Source: the human T2T-CHM13v2.0 reference genome, Homo sapiens. From it: DNA of 64,000 nucleotides. Each line of letters starts with the position of its first letter. Position 1 is the first letter of the stretch. The notes under the pieces are model-generated. The model did no database searches, had not been told where the DNA came from, and worked only from the letters and a program-made list of their open reading frames with translations. Position numbers and translations under genes: made by a program. Positions 1 to 16,413 of this stretch are shown in pieces. The DNA lies in the NCBI RefSeq assembly GCF_009914755.1, contig NC_060933.1. One strand, 5' to 3'.

Positions 1-3000
1 ATTATTAAACTTAATACGATATTTTTAAACTGCTGACAGATGGTGAATACAATGAAATATTTTGATAACTGCTTGTTATATTTTCAGAGACTTGGAGGCT
101 TAGTGAAAATATGAAGTTCTAAATATTTGAACAACCAGATGTCATTTCAGATCAGTGTGACCAAATAATATTTTTGTAAATAACATGGTGGAGTTTAAAA
201 AGGAAGGTGGAGCTAAGAGAAAAGAAAGAAAAAAAATGCATACAAATGTAGGATTCCTGGAAGAATTCTAGTGGAACATCAGACATTACACCTCCGGGGC
301 AATCTATGTATCTTTTAAACAGAAACTCCCTCCGATGAGCTTGTCTAGGATCACTAAAAGAACTTGGGCCAAGTATGTCAGCATTAAAAATACCGAATTG
401 GCTAGAAATACTATTGTGTGTCAACCTTTATTTGTCCTTTAAGCCAAGAAAAAAGAATAAAAGTATGCCTGTAGGCAAAATAAAGGCCTCCTTTTTTCTT
501 TCCCCTCCCTTTCATTCCTCTTGCTCTCTTCAACTTATATGAGATTTGTAAAATGAATTGTAATAGAAAGTTCAGATGACAAAAATTACAGTGGTGTGGC
601 CAAGAAAACACCCAGGGGGCCTTTAGCTTCCGTTGTGCCAGGACTGAACTATCAGATCAGCCTTCTGGACTCAAATGCGACACTGTCAATAAGAATACAT
701 CATCTTTTTTGTGGTGTAGAAGAGCTGTCGGTTATAATTCCCATTATTCCAAAGCCAGGATTTTCCATTAGTACAGCCACCTGCTGGGTTGCTCTACTCA
801 GGTTTAATGGAGTCTGAATTTGAATTTATCACCATCTGTGGGAAGACAGGAAATGAGAGAGCATCACTAATTCCATTCTTCATTTGCTAAGCCTAAGTAT
901 AATCTTCATAAGGAGGCAGCAAAAGCAGCAGAGATTGGGGATAGATGGAAGAATATTTTAGCTCATATTGACATCAGAGCTCCAGACCAAGGGGAAAGAA
1001 TGCTGTCTGTTCTATGGCCAATTCCAGCAACAAAAAGAATGTTTTAATTTCCTATGTAATATGGTAACAAAATCATGCAGATTCAGAATACTGTTCCTCT
1101 TCAGCTTCCAAAAAGATCTCAGAAGATTTAATATGATTTCTGGTGAAGATGAAAGACTTGCATACATATCAAGTTCACAAAAAAGAGTTCAAGATTCCTA
1201 ATTGCCACATTAGCTTATAAATAGAACAGTATAGACTACTGGTGTCTGTTTTATGCAATTTCTTCTTTTCCTCCAGAAATTTTTTTTAAAAGCCTTTGTA
1301 GAACTCAAGAAGAGAAAAACATCAGGGAACATCAAAACCTTGAAGATGATCTCTAGAATCAAAGTGTAATGCCTTAAATTCATGTGCATATGTCTCAGTG
1401 GTTCCGACTTACACAGAGTCAGGAAGGGTGCATCATTATCATTTCCAAAATTTAAAAACAAACATTAAATGAGTTTACAGGAGGGGTAAGCAATTTGCAA
1501 TTAAATTCTTGCATTGGCTAGTTGCAAAACTTGCACTTCTGATCTGCCAATCTTTTACACCGCTCCATCAGAATGTTGCCATCTGGATTCTGCCGTCCAG
1601 GCAAAAACTCAGAGAAAAGCTAAGCCAACCTAACACACCATTTGTAATAAGTGTTGCTACCCACCCAAATGAAGAACAAGCCAGAAGATAATGGCAGTTG
1701 AAAAGATGAGGGGAAAAAAAATCCTTGCAGGAAAAAGGAAGGATTTAAAATCAAAATACACACCTACACACATATACACACAAAGCCTCTGGGAAAACAC
1801 TGCATGCCATTGTCTTTCTTCAGGAACCATGAGTTCATCCCTTTCTCATGAATCTCCCTCCATGTTTATAATCTTGGATTAATGACTCTAAACAGCGAGT
1901 CTTTTCTAAAGTCATGGGGGTCAGCTCTGCAGACTTGAGGAGCTTGGATAATTGGAAGGAATGTTACTTATTACAGTGAAGCAACAATTCCAGGGGAGGA
2001 GAGGAAGAAGCACAACAAATAACTGCACTGTTGTTCTTTAAGGCTACCAAGAGAGTTAGCACTCCTATCAGGGTGGCTGTGAATACTGTATTGTGACAAA
2101 GCAAAATGCCTCCTGGGTGCCTGCTTCTAGTGGAAAGCTTTTGATGTTTGATCTGTAATGAGATGGAAGAGGAAAACAGTTCCCTTGGTTAACTAATACA
2201 TACTAGATATGAACAGATTCAAAGATTTAAGTTTCAGTTCTGGGACAAGATCCCCCATCCCACTAATTTATTATTTAGAAAGTTCTGTAAGTTCTTTTTT
2301 TTTTTTTTGTACAGAATGCATGATGCGTTTAAGATACTTCTGCTTTCATATTTGACTTGAATAGTAATCCTAATGATTACTATGCCATAGTTCACTTTTG
2401 CTAGGTTGGCTCTTTTTTCAGTGTGAATGTCATGTGGCTTTATCTAATTCCTTTTGGCAAATATGAGTGATCAGAACCTGGATGCATCTCGGGCCTAAGT
2501 ACTTTGTACAGGAAAACGTCCTGGGCAGTGAGCTAGGAAAAGAGTAAAGGGCTACATAGAATGCAGAGCTCAGGAGGAAGACAGAATTAAAAACAGAAAC
2601 AAAATAGGATGCATAAGCAGTTAATTTTATTCCACATGGCACGTTACGGATGATGTCACACATATGGTTATTCATACTAGGCGCAGCAACTTTAGAGATG
2701 AAGACAAAACCTAGAAAATCTGTCAGTTTGGGTTAATGGAACATTGTTATTACCTCAGGTCAAGCAGATGGAGGGCAAACTTCTCTGCTGGATTCTGCTG
2801 CTCTTTAATTAATGTCCACATTTGTTATGTCAATATAATGCATTACATTTGGTCTAAAGGTTGTTTTACTATTTTTTTAGAAAAACAAGAATGATCATTT
2901 TATTTATTTTCAACATTGGAATAGTTGCACAGAATTTTAGAGGTATATGTAGATACCTGAAAACTAATGTTTAAATTACTGTATAAGAGGGAGAGAAAAA

Positions 3001-4052
3001 GAGAAGGAGCTAGGCTGGTTTTACATATTTCATTCTTGATGTAGAGATGGATTTGATACTTCTTTTATGAGCATTTCCAAATGAGGGATTTTGATTGCAT
3101 GCATATGACTATCTCAGAAAAATAGGAATCTCAGAGATGATAAAGCAAGGCAGGTCTTATTACAGTGTTATTCCTTCATAAAGAAATTAATAGCTGCAAT
3201 TCATTTAGTGTTCTGTTTACTCTTGTCAGGGAAGAATGGCAAGTGAAAAAATAGCACAATAGAGACATCTTATCTTCCTTCGTAAACTTTCATTATCTTA
3301 GGCATGTTCAGAAGGCACAAGGAATCCCTGGTGTCTGATATTATGCGTGTGAAGCTGTGGCGTTGAATCTTCAGCACAATTCAAAGAATCAGCCTATTAT
3401 GTAACAACTAAGGAGGATGTATGCCATAACTGTGAACATTCTTTCTTATAGATGACAGGTTTACATTGTTCATTTTGGGAAAATATGTTTGCTTTGTTGG
3501 CTCCAGCCTCTAATTATTTAAGCTAGTCAAATCCAAAATCGTTAAAATGTGCAAATATTACCTGGAATCACTCCAAGAGGAAACAGTAGGCAGTGATCTG
3601 GCCCTTGGATTGAGCACTCAATTGCTGCTTAGTTTCTTTTCAAATTTCAGAATAGATACGCTCTTTAAAGCCAGTATGTACTCCCTTTGGCAACTGGTAA
3701 AATATGCTTGGTAGTTACACACAAGGTTTCTGAGTGGCTAGACCACACCCAGTCCATTCTGTTCTAATTTATGGAAGATGAGCACTAAATATTTTTATGA
3801 ATATAATTTTTCACATTAGTCACTTCATACTTGCCCCCCAATAGACACATACACATGCACATGTGTGCATCCTGGAGAGGAGAGGCTGTATATTCTGCAT
3901 TTGTTTCTGTATACCACCCTTCTGGATTACTATGTCCCTTATAATTCTAAGATCTTGTATGCTCATAGATTCACTGTAGTAATGGGCATTTGAAGAATAC
4001 ACTTGAAGACACTACTGTTAGTGCCACACTTTTAAAAATTGACAATTTAGGC

Positions 4053-4241
4053 CAGTGGTTCTCAAACAGAGGCAATTTTCTCCCCTCAGGGTACCTGTAA
4101 CTGGAGGAGAGGAATACTCTATTAAAATCTAGTCAGGGAAAGGCCAAGAATGCTGCTAAAACTTTTGAAATGCCTAAGATAGACCCCCAAACAAAGAATT
4201 ATCTGGCCCAAAATGTTAATAGGGCTGAGATTTAGAAATCC
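4053..4241 (+). mobile_element. MER20-like hAT-Charlie non-autonomous DNA transposon (decayed)
   Basis: Starts CAGTGGTTCTCAA. Contains the typical CAAAGAATTATCTGGCCCAAAATGTTAATAG segment near its end. Confidence 0.75.
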
Positions 4242-4684
4242 AAGTCTGTGTCAATGAAACCACCTTGTTATCTCTAAATAAATAAAACGTCGCCACACAA
4301 GTAGGTAAAAAAAAAGAATAGTTTACAACCCAAAGAATTGTTTCCACAATAGGTGCTATAACTAGTGATGAGATATGTAATATCGACCTTGGTTGTCTTA
4401 CATGTCAATGAATTTTATTAGTACATATGACAGTAACATATATAATTACAAAACATATAATTATGGTTATTCTATTCATTGGTTCTTTCTCTCCATCACT
4501 TCATCATACATTTTTACCAATCTGTCTTTACATTTCTAGAAAAAACTCTCTCAAGAAATGTACCAAATGACATGTTAGCCATGTACCAATGACACATGTC
4601 TGTGTCTAGAATCCTTTTTAATTTTCAGTCCTTCAAAATCTGAGGTAAAACACATCAATTGAGAAACTTTTCCTATCCTTTTAA

Positions 4685-4995
<311 letters not shown>

Positions 4996-5347
4996 AGCAA
5001 TGGTTTGTTTTTTAATTCTACATGTTTTTTCCATTTAAGTGTTTGGTTTTCCCATATGATTTTACATGGTTTTTTTTTAAAGAATCTTTGAGTCTAACAT
5101 CTCTACATGTTTCCCATCTTTCATAAAACAGCAATATTCTTAGAGTTTTTTTTTTTTTCCTTTATAATGTTCCTTTCTTTGTTACCCATCTCTAAGGTGC
5201 CTTCTCAAACACTTTCTTTCCCTCCTCTCCACACACAGCCCTGGATAGAATTTGGGGTGCAGGACGAGTTCAGGAAACAATGTTGTTTTTCTCAAAGAAA
5301 CAGCTAGGCTGGGAGACTCCTCATTTTTGTAAAACTATAAAAATTGA

Positions 5348-5691
<344 letters not shown>

Positions 5692-5789
5692 TTAGTTTTT
5701 TTATTTCTATTTGCCCTGAGGTCATTGATGTTTGATCTAAAATAAGCCACACAAACTGAAAGTATCTTAACACATTGGAAGAGAGCATA

Positions 5790-6120
5790 AAGCAGACCAG
5801 GATGAAATTTAAGGCTATGTGAAGTATATTCACACTATGAAATATACAACAATGAAATTAACAAACTATAGGTATATATATAATCATGAATGCATCATAT
5901 ACACATAATATTAAATGAAATAAATGAGATCCAACCTAATGCATGCCTCTGATTCCATTAATATAATGTTGAAAAATAAGAAAACTAATCTCTACTGTTA
6001 GCAGTAAAGGTGATGGTTACATTTGGGGAGTGAAGGGTGGTTAGCGATTGGAGCAGGTTTTATTTCTTCGTTTGGATAGTGGCTATATCAGTGTATTTAT
6101 TGTGTAATAATTCTTTGAAC
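5790..6120 (+). mobile_element. Old L1 (L1ME-like) 3' end fragment
   Basis: Resembles the L1M 3'UTR (GATTCCATTAATATAA..AAAACTAATC..GTGATGGTTACATTTGGGG). Confidence 0.55.
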
Positions 6121-6121
6121 C

Positions 6122-6769
6122 TGGATTATTTTTCTATTGCTGCAGTAACAAATTAGCACAAACTTAGTGGCTTTAGGTGACATCCATTCATTATCTCACT
6201 GTTTCTAATAGTCAGAAGTCCATGCTTAGCTGTTTCCCTGCTCAGTCTCCCAAGGCTGAAATCAAGGTGTTGGCCAGCCTACATTTCTGGAGGCTCTAGG
6301 GCAAAATCTATTTCCATCCTCATTCAGGTTGTTAACAAAATTCAATTCCATGTGGTGGTAGGACTGACGTCTCCATTTCCTTGCAGTTAGCCAGGGGTTG
6401 TTCTCAGTTTCTGAAAGCTACACACATTCCCTGGTCGTTTACTCCCCCTTCACGTACAAAGCCAACAATGGAGGTTGAGCACCTCTCCCATTTCAAATGT
6501 CACTCATCTTCTCTTCTAACTGATTTCTCCATTCTCACCTTCTTCTCTGCAGCTCTGTGACTCCAGCTGGAGAAATTTATCTGCTTTGAAGTGTTAAGGT
6601 GTTTAGATTGGGCCCACATAGATAATCCAAAATAATCTCACTACTTTAAGGTCCATAACATCAATTAGCTCTGCAAATTCCCTTTGCAGCAGTACCTAGA
6701 TGCATATTTGGTTGAAAAACAAGACGGCAAGAATCTTGGGTGAATATCTTTAGAATTCTGCCCATCACA
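6122..6769 (-). mobile_element. MaLR solo LTR (MLT1 family)
   Basis: TTGCTGCAGTAACAAATTAGCACAAACTTAGTGGC start, AAGGCTGAAATCAAGGTGTTGG and GATTGGGCCCAC..GATAATC motifs, ends CTGCCCATCACA. Confidence 0.85.
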
Positions 6770-6899
6770 ATACATACATATTATTGTATGCTTCTCTGTA
6801 CATGTTATAATCTAATAAAATGTTTTTTGATTACGTAAAAATATACTGCAGAATATCCTTTTTAATTCAATCAACACATATTTATTGACTGCTTACTAT

Positions 6900-7771
<872 letters not shown>

Positions 7772-8294
7772 TTATAAACCATAAAGACAACAATTCCTGC
7801 CTTTATAGGCTATATAATTTATGCATATTTAAAAAATTCACGAAAAAATTACCTACTCTCTGTGAACATAAATAAATGTATTAAAAAATTTGAAATGACA
7901 GGACTTCTATAAAGCAACTTATGGCTTTTGATATGTCCACAGAGTATTATTTCTATCAAATAAAATAAATATTATAAAATGATTAAAAATTTAAATCATT
8001 TCTGTATGTTTATTTACCATAACACTGTGGTTTTTCTGTTTCTTTGAAATCTTCCAGAAAAGAAAACATGCTGTGAAGTGTAATAGGGGATTTTTAAGAT
8101 AAATTTAGCCATTTATTACATATTCATTTAAATTTTAACAGTCTTTCTTTTAGGTCTATGATCTAAAACAAAATAAAGATGCTATATTTTGACCACAATG
8201 ACAGATATTTAATAGCTATCCTCAAACACTGTTTTGCAGATGAAAATAATGAGTATTTAGGATAATAATATTTTCTTATTCATGGACTGGTTTT

Positions 8295-8412
8295 CAAATT
8301 CATGAGGGCAAGATTTTGTCTTTCATGTTTACTAATGCACCCCTGATGCCTAGATTACTGTCTATCACATATTAGACACTCAATACATACTTGTCAACTA
8401 CATGAATGAACG
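8295..8412 (+). mobile_element. L2 3' end fragment
   Basis: CATGAGGGCAAG..GCCTAG..ACTCAATA..ATGAATGAA terminal signature. Confidence 0.7.
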
Positions 8413-8529
8413 CATCTTGGGTATGAATGAAAATGTTGGAAGTAGCAACGGAGAACTAGTATGCAAATATGAGAGCCCCTTCCTATTACCTCTTTTATTT
8501 TTTCTGTTGTTATGAAAATACATATGACA

Positions 8530-8960
8530 TGTGCCACAGAAAAAAATGGTATTTGTCCAACTACTATTTTTCTTTTTTTCTGGAACATAAAGAAATATTA
8601 CATTGCCTCCCTTGTTGCTAGTTTGGAACCATGTAATTGAGTTCTTGCCAATGGGAATGTGGGAGGTAGTGAAGTGATGTGCTACTTCTAGTTTGAGGCA
8701 AGTAAGAATGCTATGGTGTCTCTATTTTCCTCTCTCTTGTCTTTGAGGTAGAAGAAAAGAAGTGTGAAATTATGGATGTATAAGATGGACAAGTAGAACG
8801 CAACTCAGATCCTGACTCACTTTTAGAACGATCACCAACAAAGAGCCACTCAATTAGCAGACTGTAATATGAGAGATAAATAAAACTTTTGGAGGTAAAT
8901 CCATGGATATTCCAGGATTTAGGTGTTGCAGAAGTGGAGTCAGTAAGTTTGTGACTAATA
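8530..8960 (+). mobile_element. Old MaLR LTR (MLT1H/I/J-like)
   Basis: CCTCCCTTG..CCATGTAATTGAGTTCTTGCCAATGGGAATGTG core, AAATAAACTT signal, ends TGACTAATA. Confidence 0.65.
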
Positions 8961-9058
8961 TATTATTAGACACTTTTCAAAGGATTTTTCTTTTGCAAAT
9001 GTGTTGACATTTGGAGATGTGGAAGATAATATTGAGCAAATTGTGCTCCAAGAGGTGT

Positions 9059-9110
9059 TATATATATGTGTGTGTCTGTGTGTGTGTGTGAGTGTGTATG
9101 TGTGCGTGTA
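9059..9110. repeat. (TA)n(TG)n imperfect microsatellite
   Basis: Read directly from the sequence. Confidence 0.85.
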
Positions 9111-10161
9111 TGAATGATATTAATTGATATATAGAAAAGTCCATATTCAAATAATCATTTGTAAATAATGGGTTTAAGCAAAATTAAATTATGTTTACTG
9201 CAAGACTTTTCAGAATCTCTAATATACTCAAATGCATTGTAAATTCAAGAAAGGGAGATTTAGTAACTATATTTTCCAATGTTATTGGATCACAGAACTT
9301 TTTTTTCACGAACTTATAATTAACATCCTATGAAATTGGTGGTCTGAAAAATATGCTATGGCCAATCTCATGAGTTATCTGGAATGTCCTTTCCCTGTTG
9401 CTGAGAACCTCTCATTTACAATTCCACAATTTTACATTAATAATTCTGAAGCCACTAGGAATCTAGGGATCCAACTTCTGGTAGAGGGTAGGCACCTCTA
9501 CTGGGCAGAATGTAATGCGACTCCCTTGCTAATCATCTATTGCTTGTAGTCCACTTCTGGTCCAAAGGAAACACTAATATAGGCTTTGGCTAAACAAAAT
9601 CTGAAAATGCATACCAAGCCCATTGCAACTGCCACTCCTCTCTGGCTTGTAAGTTAGTTGCTGGCCAACCTGTCTCCAGCTCTTCAGACTTCTCAATGTG
9701 AGACAAACATTAGTTGCCTGTGTCCCCTATATTATAGAAGGTATAGATTAAATTATTTTAGTAATCCCATTGAAGATTATTTACTAACTGAGTACCATCC
9801 CCCATTCTGAGTGTTGAGAATCACAGTGTGGCCGCTTCCCGCTTCCACAATGAAGCCTTCTTTGGAATTTTCTAATTTCCACTCTGGAGTCTATGATCAC
9901 TTCAATACAATACTTCAGTGAAGCATCATATTATATTTTTGTTTATTTCTCTATCTAATTTTTTGCCAGCTTATAGGCTAGCCAGTCCCATAATTCACTC
10001 TGAAATTTCGTATCTACTAAACATTGATGCTTCAATATAAAGTTCTAGCACAGAATCAAATATACTGTACTGCACTTTGTAGATCCTTTAGAGAAATTTC
10101 AAAATAATTTCATCAGTACTCAGTTTTCACCAAATATGTGAACATTAGAGCTAGAGTTAAT

Positions 10162-10468
10162 GGTGAGTGTGGTGGCTCACACTTGTAATCCCAGCACTTT
10201 GGGAAGATGAGGTAGGAGGATATCTTAAGGCCACCAGCCTGGTCAACGTAGGTGGACCCAGACTCTACAAAAACTGTACAAGAACACCAAGAACAAAAAT
10301 TAGCCAAGCACAGCTGTGTCTGCCTGTAGTCCCTGTTACTCAGGGTATGAGGCAAGAGGATTGCTTGAGCCCAGGACTTTGAGGCTGCAGTGGCTAAGAT
10401 CTTGACATTGCATTCCAGCCTGGGCAACAGAGTGAAACCCCTTCTCAAAGAAAAAAAGAAAAAAAAAC
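10162..10468 (+). mobile_element. Alu, full length (AluJ)
   Basis: Diverged dimer with the AluJ motif GAGGATTGCTTGAGCCCAGG..GAGGCTGCAG and an A-tail. Confidence 0.93.
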
Positions 10469-11499
10469 AGTAGACTCCAAGTGTAATATTTGACTGCTCT
10501 CTGTAAAAAAAGACTGGAGAACTGAGAGGTTGGAGCCTTGCTTTCTAATTCTATTTCTTTGACCGAATTGCTAAGTGAGCTGATTAACTTCTTCACTTAT
10601 TTGGACTTATTTTTCCCCTGTGAAATATAGACAGTTCCCTGTCTTACTCTTTAGAAACATTATGAAAGCACAATGATAAGTGATGATAAAATCATGCTCT
10701 CAAATGTAAGATTTCCTTAATATAATACATTTATATTAAAATCAGTAAATCTGTTTCTGAATTTTGAAATTTTGGTTCATGTTCTATTTAAAAAATACAT
10801 GGAAAGATGTATAGCTTTGTTTACAGAGATAAATTTTAAAAATCATAAGTGAACAATATTTATGTTAACATTTCATTGACATAATGAAGGAAATAGTGAA
10901 ATGTTCTTGGGTAGGACAAGAAACAACCTTAAAAAATACTATGTTTCCAAAATTTGGATATTCCATGTGACTTCAGTCAGGAGAAAAGAGAGGATAAAGA
11001 GGGAGCAGAGGAAATTTCTCTAACTTAGATACATTAAGAATTTTTTTTCTACTTTAATTTGTTCAGAAACACCAAAATAGGGGAATATATTATCTTTGTG
11101 AATAATTATTATATAAAATACAGGAATGTATTCATGTCAAGATATTCTTATGATCTGAAACGAAAATATTGGATGTCTATACCATTCCCTAACAGAATTT
11201 GAATCTCAGTAATTGACTTACATTGAGGTAAAAAATTCCATTCTGGAGGTAAAAATAGTCACTGTATCAGTGATAATATGAACTTATCTAGACATTTCAG
11301 TTATTTAAAGCTCATAGAAAGCTCAAGAATGTCTCATATACTGATTTTTAAAAATATTTATTAAAGTAGTAAAAATGATTATATTAAAAATATACCTTTT
11401 CTCAATCACAAAAAAGTATATACATTACCAATTTATCACTCAGAATATTTATTCATAAGTGTTTATTCCACATAGTAACCTTGCAAACTGACACCAGAC

Positions 11500-11501
<2 letters not shown>

Positions 11502-11576
<75 letters not shown>

Positions 11577-11592
11577 AAGAGAAAGAGAGAGA
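11502..11592. repeat. Compound (TG)n(GA)n microsatellite
   Basis: A perfect TG run directly abutting a GA run. Confidence 0.97.
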
Positions 11593-14500
11593 TGAATTAA
11601 CATATTGGGGGCTTATAGTGCTAAGCACTGATCATGTATTTTGACTCAGATCTTAAAGAGGAAACTTGTGATGTCCATTTGGTTGTAAATTATCATTGTG
11701 GTAAATGTCCATCTTCAATGATTTTAGACAGTTCTTTTTAAAAATATTTAGTTAATTGTCTAACAAGACATTCCAGTGTTTATTTCAGTAAATAAGGTTG
11801 ACATTGGAGTCATGTGGGTTTCTAACATATTTTTAATCTGGATTTATAGAGTGAAGCACTTGTTCCTGAAGTGATGTCAAAAGAGAGTGACCAGCCGGAT
11901 AACGTATAAAGAAGATATAGTATTTTATAAGGCCATTATGGCTCTAGACACTGTCTTTCATTTGTGCAGGTTCAAGCTCAGAGGCACCAACAAAACATCC
12001 ATGCACAAACTTATAATGTAAGATATTGATTTATTAGCTTCTAATGAAATATGTTTTTATTAACTAAGAGATTGATACATAAAACAAATCTTGATACTTT
12101 AAGCAAGAAATTTCCTTGTAGTGAATAGCTTTACTAGAAATAAATTTATTATTCAAGATAGTGGTTTGTGAACATAGGATTGTAAGTGAGAAGATGTCAA
12201 TTAAGTTAGTTGTCTCTATTAATTGACTGTGCTGGTGTTGCAGTAGTTTTTCAGAATTAACATAACTAATTGAAAGCAAAAACATCTCTCCAAACATCTC
12301 TGAGAAAATGATACATTACTGTCTAATTTTCCACCTTCTTTTCTATGTTTCCTCCAGTTTATATTATTATTTCAGTTAGGTACAATACAACTGATTGATG
12401 TAGAACTTCTTTTGTACTGTTTATAATCTTCTCCTTGGAACATAAACTGCTATTGCTTTTATCAGAAGAAGCCTTACTCCTACAAGTAACACACAAACCA
12501 CACACCTAGGTAATTCTTTTATGTAAAAAGTTAATCTGATGTATTGAATGTTCTCTTTAAATTTCAATTCCAGACATCTATTTTCCTGATATATTTTACC
12601 AATTTTGGGGAGTGTGCTCTATACTAATTGTTTTTAAGTATAATGATGATCAGCATAAGAGTTATTATTAATATCCGCTAGCTGTGAGATTTGTCTTGGA
12701 AAATAATACTTCTCATTTGTAGATCAGTTTTTCCCAGAACACATTATGTTGCATATTAGATAAGAAAACAGTGCCTCTGCAGCAAATTACAAAAGTCAGA
12801 GCAAGAGAGCTAGGGGAGTTGAGAATCAGTACCTCAGAAAGAAACTTTGCTAGAATTGTACCTTATTTGTTTGAAGACCTATTTCTTATGTTGGGGATGG
12901 GGATGAGGATGGGAAGCATAAATAGACACCGCTTGACATCAGTGTCTGTAATCTCAAAACTGAAAAACTAAAGTATCAGTGAAAAAATTTCTTCAGTTAT
13001 TCATGGTGTTAGAGTATTTGAAAAGCAATAGAAATAAAAATGTTAAGGTATTGGTTTTAGATTTGTTGGGAGGTGATTCTTCCTGAATAGAGAGGCATTG
13101 ATATCCTTTGTTCTGAACCATCTTTTCGAGAATATTTGTGTAGTACTTACTATACTTTTATTTAAACATTCTCTCCACTATGATAATAAAGATAATGTCT
13201 CCCTCAAGAGCAAAGGTTGAAAACCAAAGGAGAAAAAAAGAAATGTTTATTATGTATCCTTAAGGTTCTGTTTTTTATTTTTGTGTTTATTGTTATCAGG
13301 TTTCCATGTAACAGAGTATTTTCGAGTGTGAGGCTTGACAATGGCTCCATGGATTTAATGTATGCATTCTCCTCTGCCTGGCTATCACACACTAGAGAGA
13401 GGGAACACAATGATATGCTCCCTCAGTTTTATAAGTTTCTAAGCATTGCCACAGCATAATTATAAAGTATATGCTGATACTCTTTAGGGGAACCATGGTG
13501 GTGTCATGACCATGTGAACTCCCCATGCAGGTATTCAGTTCCCCTTCTTTCAACTCCCAGCTTTAACTTACCCTCCTGGCTTTAGAAAGCAGAACTTAAA
13601 AACTGATGAGTAGGTAATGCAAAATTACAATCATTACATTTTAGATTTGAAAGACATCATGGAGAGCTTCTAATCTTATCACTCCATTTTATAAAGAGGG
13701 AGTAAATTGATCAGAATTGCTAAGAAGATGCTAGTCAGTTGTGAAATCTCTTCTACCCAGAATAGGACAGGAGTCTATGATTTACTCTACTTTCTTCCTA
13801 TGTAAAATAACTTTACCCAGATCATCTACTTTCGTACTATAATATAGACTCCCCAAAGGCAATAATGACGTTTTGTTCAACATCTACCAATTCCACAGCT
13901 CCCTGGCATGTAACTGAATTCATAGCTAATACATTTGATTTTACCTACTTGAGCAAAATCTCCAGGGAATAATGGTGAGTACCTGAGTAATGGAGGTAAA
14001 TGTCATGAGTAAAAGTATAGATTCACTAGATTCAAATACTACATTAATGTCTACTGTGTGACATTAAGTAAATTATTTAAATTCTCTAAATCTTCAGTTT
14101 TATTATTTTTAACTTTGAAATAGTAATAGCTAAAAAGTAGATATGACCAACATGAAATAATTAGGGTAAAATGCTGACTTACTACCAAGTGTGGAGCATA
14201 GTAAATGCTCAGTGAATTATAGTTATATTTTTCCATAAAAGGTACAATAACTTACGAAGTTCTTAAAAGGCATTATATTTTAAATCTACTTGAACATCTT
14301 CTTCCTGGATTACTGAGCAACCAGACATAATTCTTTTTTCCTTTTTTGAGTCAGCCTCTTCCGTTTAGTTCTTCCAAAAACATCTTCCACTCAAGGCTAC
14401 CTAAAATAAACCCTTCTGCTGGATCTACTGTTAGGTTACTCTTCCCATCTCAGTTGCTGTGTTATATTTTTATACTTGAGGGATTATATTTCCTGCAGTT

Positions 14501-14739
14501 GAGTCTAATTTACACCCTTAGGTTAGATGAATAGTTTGTAATTTGAAGTTTGGAACTGATAAGATGGAAGCACAACTAATATACAATACAAAGTAAAACC
14601 ATTTAAATCATCACATGCCTCATACAAGTATCTATTGACTACTTATTATACACCAGGCATCTTTCTAACAGTACAGTAATTAATAAGTCTCCAATAATGG
14701 TTTATGGTATTTAACTGCTTGAAATTATTAACATTTAAA

Positions 14740-14990
14740 GTAATAATCATAGCTAACATTTATTAGATATTTATTAGGTGCCAAGCTTTTTCCAAGTGTT
14801 TTATAAACTGTTAATTCATTTACTCCTTGCAAAAAACCCTTGAGATAAATATTATTATCTCCTATAAACAAAAGTAAAAGAAGCAAAATGTGTCTAAGTA
14901 ATTTATTGCACGTCAAACAGTTAGGAAATGGTAAAACTGGGCCAAAAAACTGAAATAGTCTGGCTCCAAAGCCCTTGCTATTAATCACTA
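14740..14990 (-). mobile_element. MIR (SINE)
   Basis: ATAGCTAACATTTATT..GGTGCCAAG..TTATTATCTCC..GTCTGGCTCCAAAGCC. Confidence 0.7.
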
Positions 14991-16413
14991 TGTAGAAAGA
15001 CAATAGAGGCATACAGGCAGTAAAATGCAATGAAAAAAAAAACTCAAAGCCACAAGAGATATTGTATTAAGGTTAGGTTTTTATTTGAAGAATTTTGATC
15101 TAGGTTAGCTTATAATATAGTACTTTCTCAATTATATCAGCTAATTTTTTATGTGTCAAAATGCTCTACAGAGACCCCAATGGGGATGGGGTGATGTTAG
15201 TTTTACCATCATCATCACTTACTATTAACTTTCTGGCTGTTAAGTTTCTCAGCTAAAATAAGGTGCTCACTTGTCTTGTAGATACCATGCACTATATATT
15301 TTCTAAGAAATTCCAAGGTTTTAGTAATTGTGCTTCATGAACATATTATGTTTTATGTGTGTGAGTGTGCATGTGTGTGTATTCAGTGAAGTTGGAGACT
15401 ATGTTTTAATTTCTGTGTTTTACATGCTTCCCTAATTCTTTCTACCTGACAGATCCATAATTAGTATGTTTTTAAATGCCACCTGAATAAATCTCCCAAC
15501 TTGATAATAATCCTGTTGGTTAACAGACTAAAAGAAGGAATTTAAACTCTTTTAGGGTGTGACCTAAGCCCATTACTCATAAGTTGTTCGAAATCTTTTC
15601 TATTTGATTCTGTGATGCTGTGATTATTCAGAATGGTTAACTAATCTTGGAAATTACTGAACCTGATGATAACTTTAATTTCAAGACTTTGAAGTACTCT
15701 CCTTGATGCCTCACCGCTTTTATGGTTGTCTTCAAAGTTCACACTGTCTCATTTGCAGAAATTTCTATGTAGATCTATTGCAAATTGTATATAATGTTTC
15801 TTGTACTCATCATATCCTCATCAACATATTTTGAGGTTATTAATAGCATGATAATTTTGAAGTGTTATGTAAAAGAAGAAGCCTTTTATGTAAAGGAGAT
15901 CACATTAATCCAAACTGAAGTATATGCAGTATAGGCTTGAGGGAAAAGAAATTTGAATGCAAATCAAATTGGATTTTTTTCTGGAAATGTTCTGTTTAAG
16001 TCTGTGAGGAAGTCACTGCAGCTGTGATTAAAACTTATTTTCTTATATTTGATCAGAAATAAAAGTCCCTCTCCTTTTCAAAAGGGGTTTGTTATGAAGG
16101 AACTTTACAACACTTCCAATCCCATTTAGTTATTCATTCAAGAGCCATTGCCTTTCACCAGGGCAATATTAGCAGAATTGGAAGTGTAACAAATACATAA
16201 AATAATCAGTGGGTCGAATGAGAGGGAGATCACAGAGACAATGAGGGAAGACAGCTCTTTATACAAGATTTCTAGTAAAGAAAAGGAGGATCCAAATCAT
16301 GAGCTGAAGAATCCCTGGCAGCCTCAATGGGTGAAGAGAGGTTTTAATGAAGCATCAAAGCAAGGGATGGGGCATCTTTTGCCTTTTGAGGAAAAGGGCA
16401 TTTAATATTCATG

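Noticed and set aside
152-4002. Short ORFs in the repeat-poor first 4 kb
   Set aside because: They are 60-90 aa with low-complexity F/L/K composition and no recognisable domain or convincing splice-site pair. This is expected by chance in AT-rich DNA.
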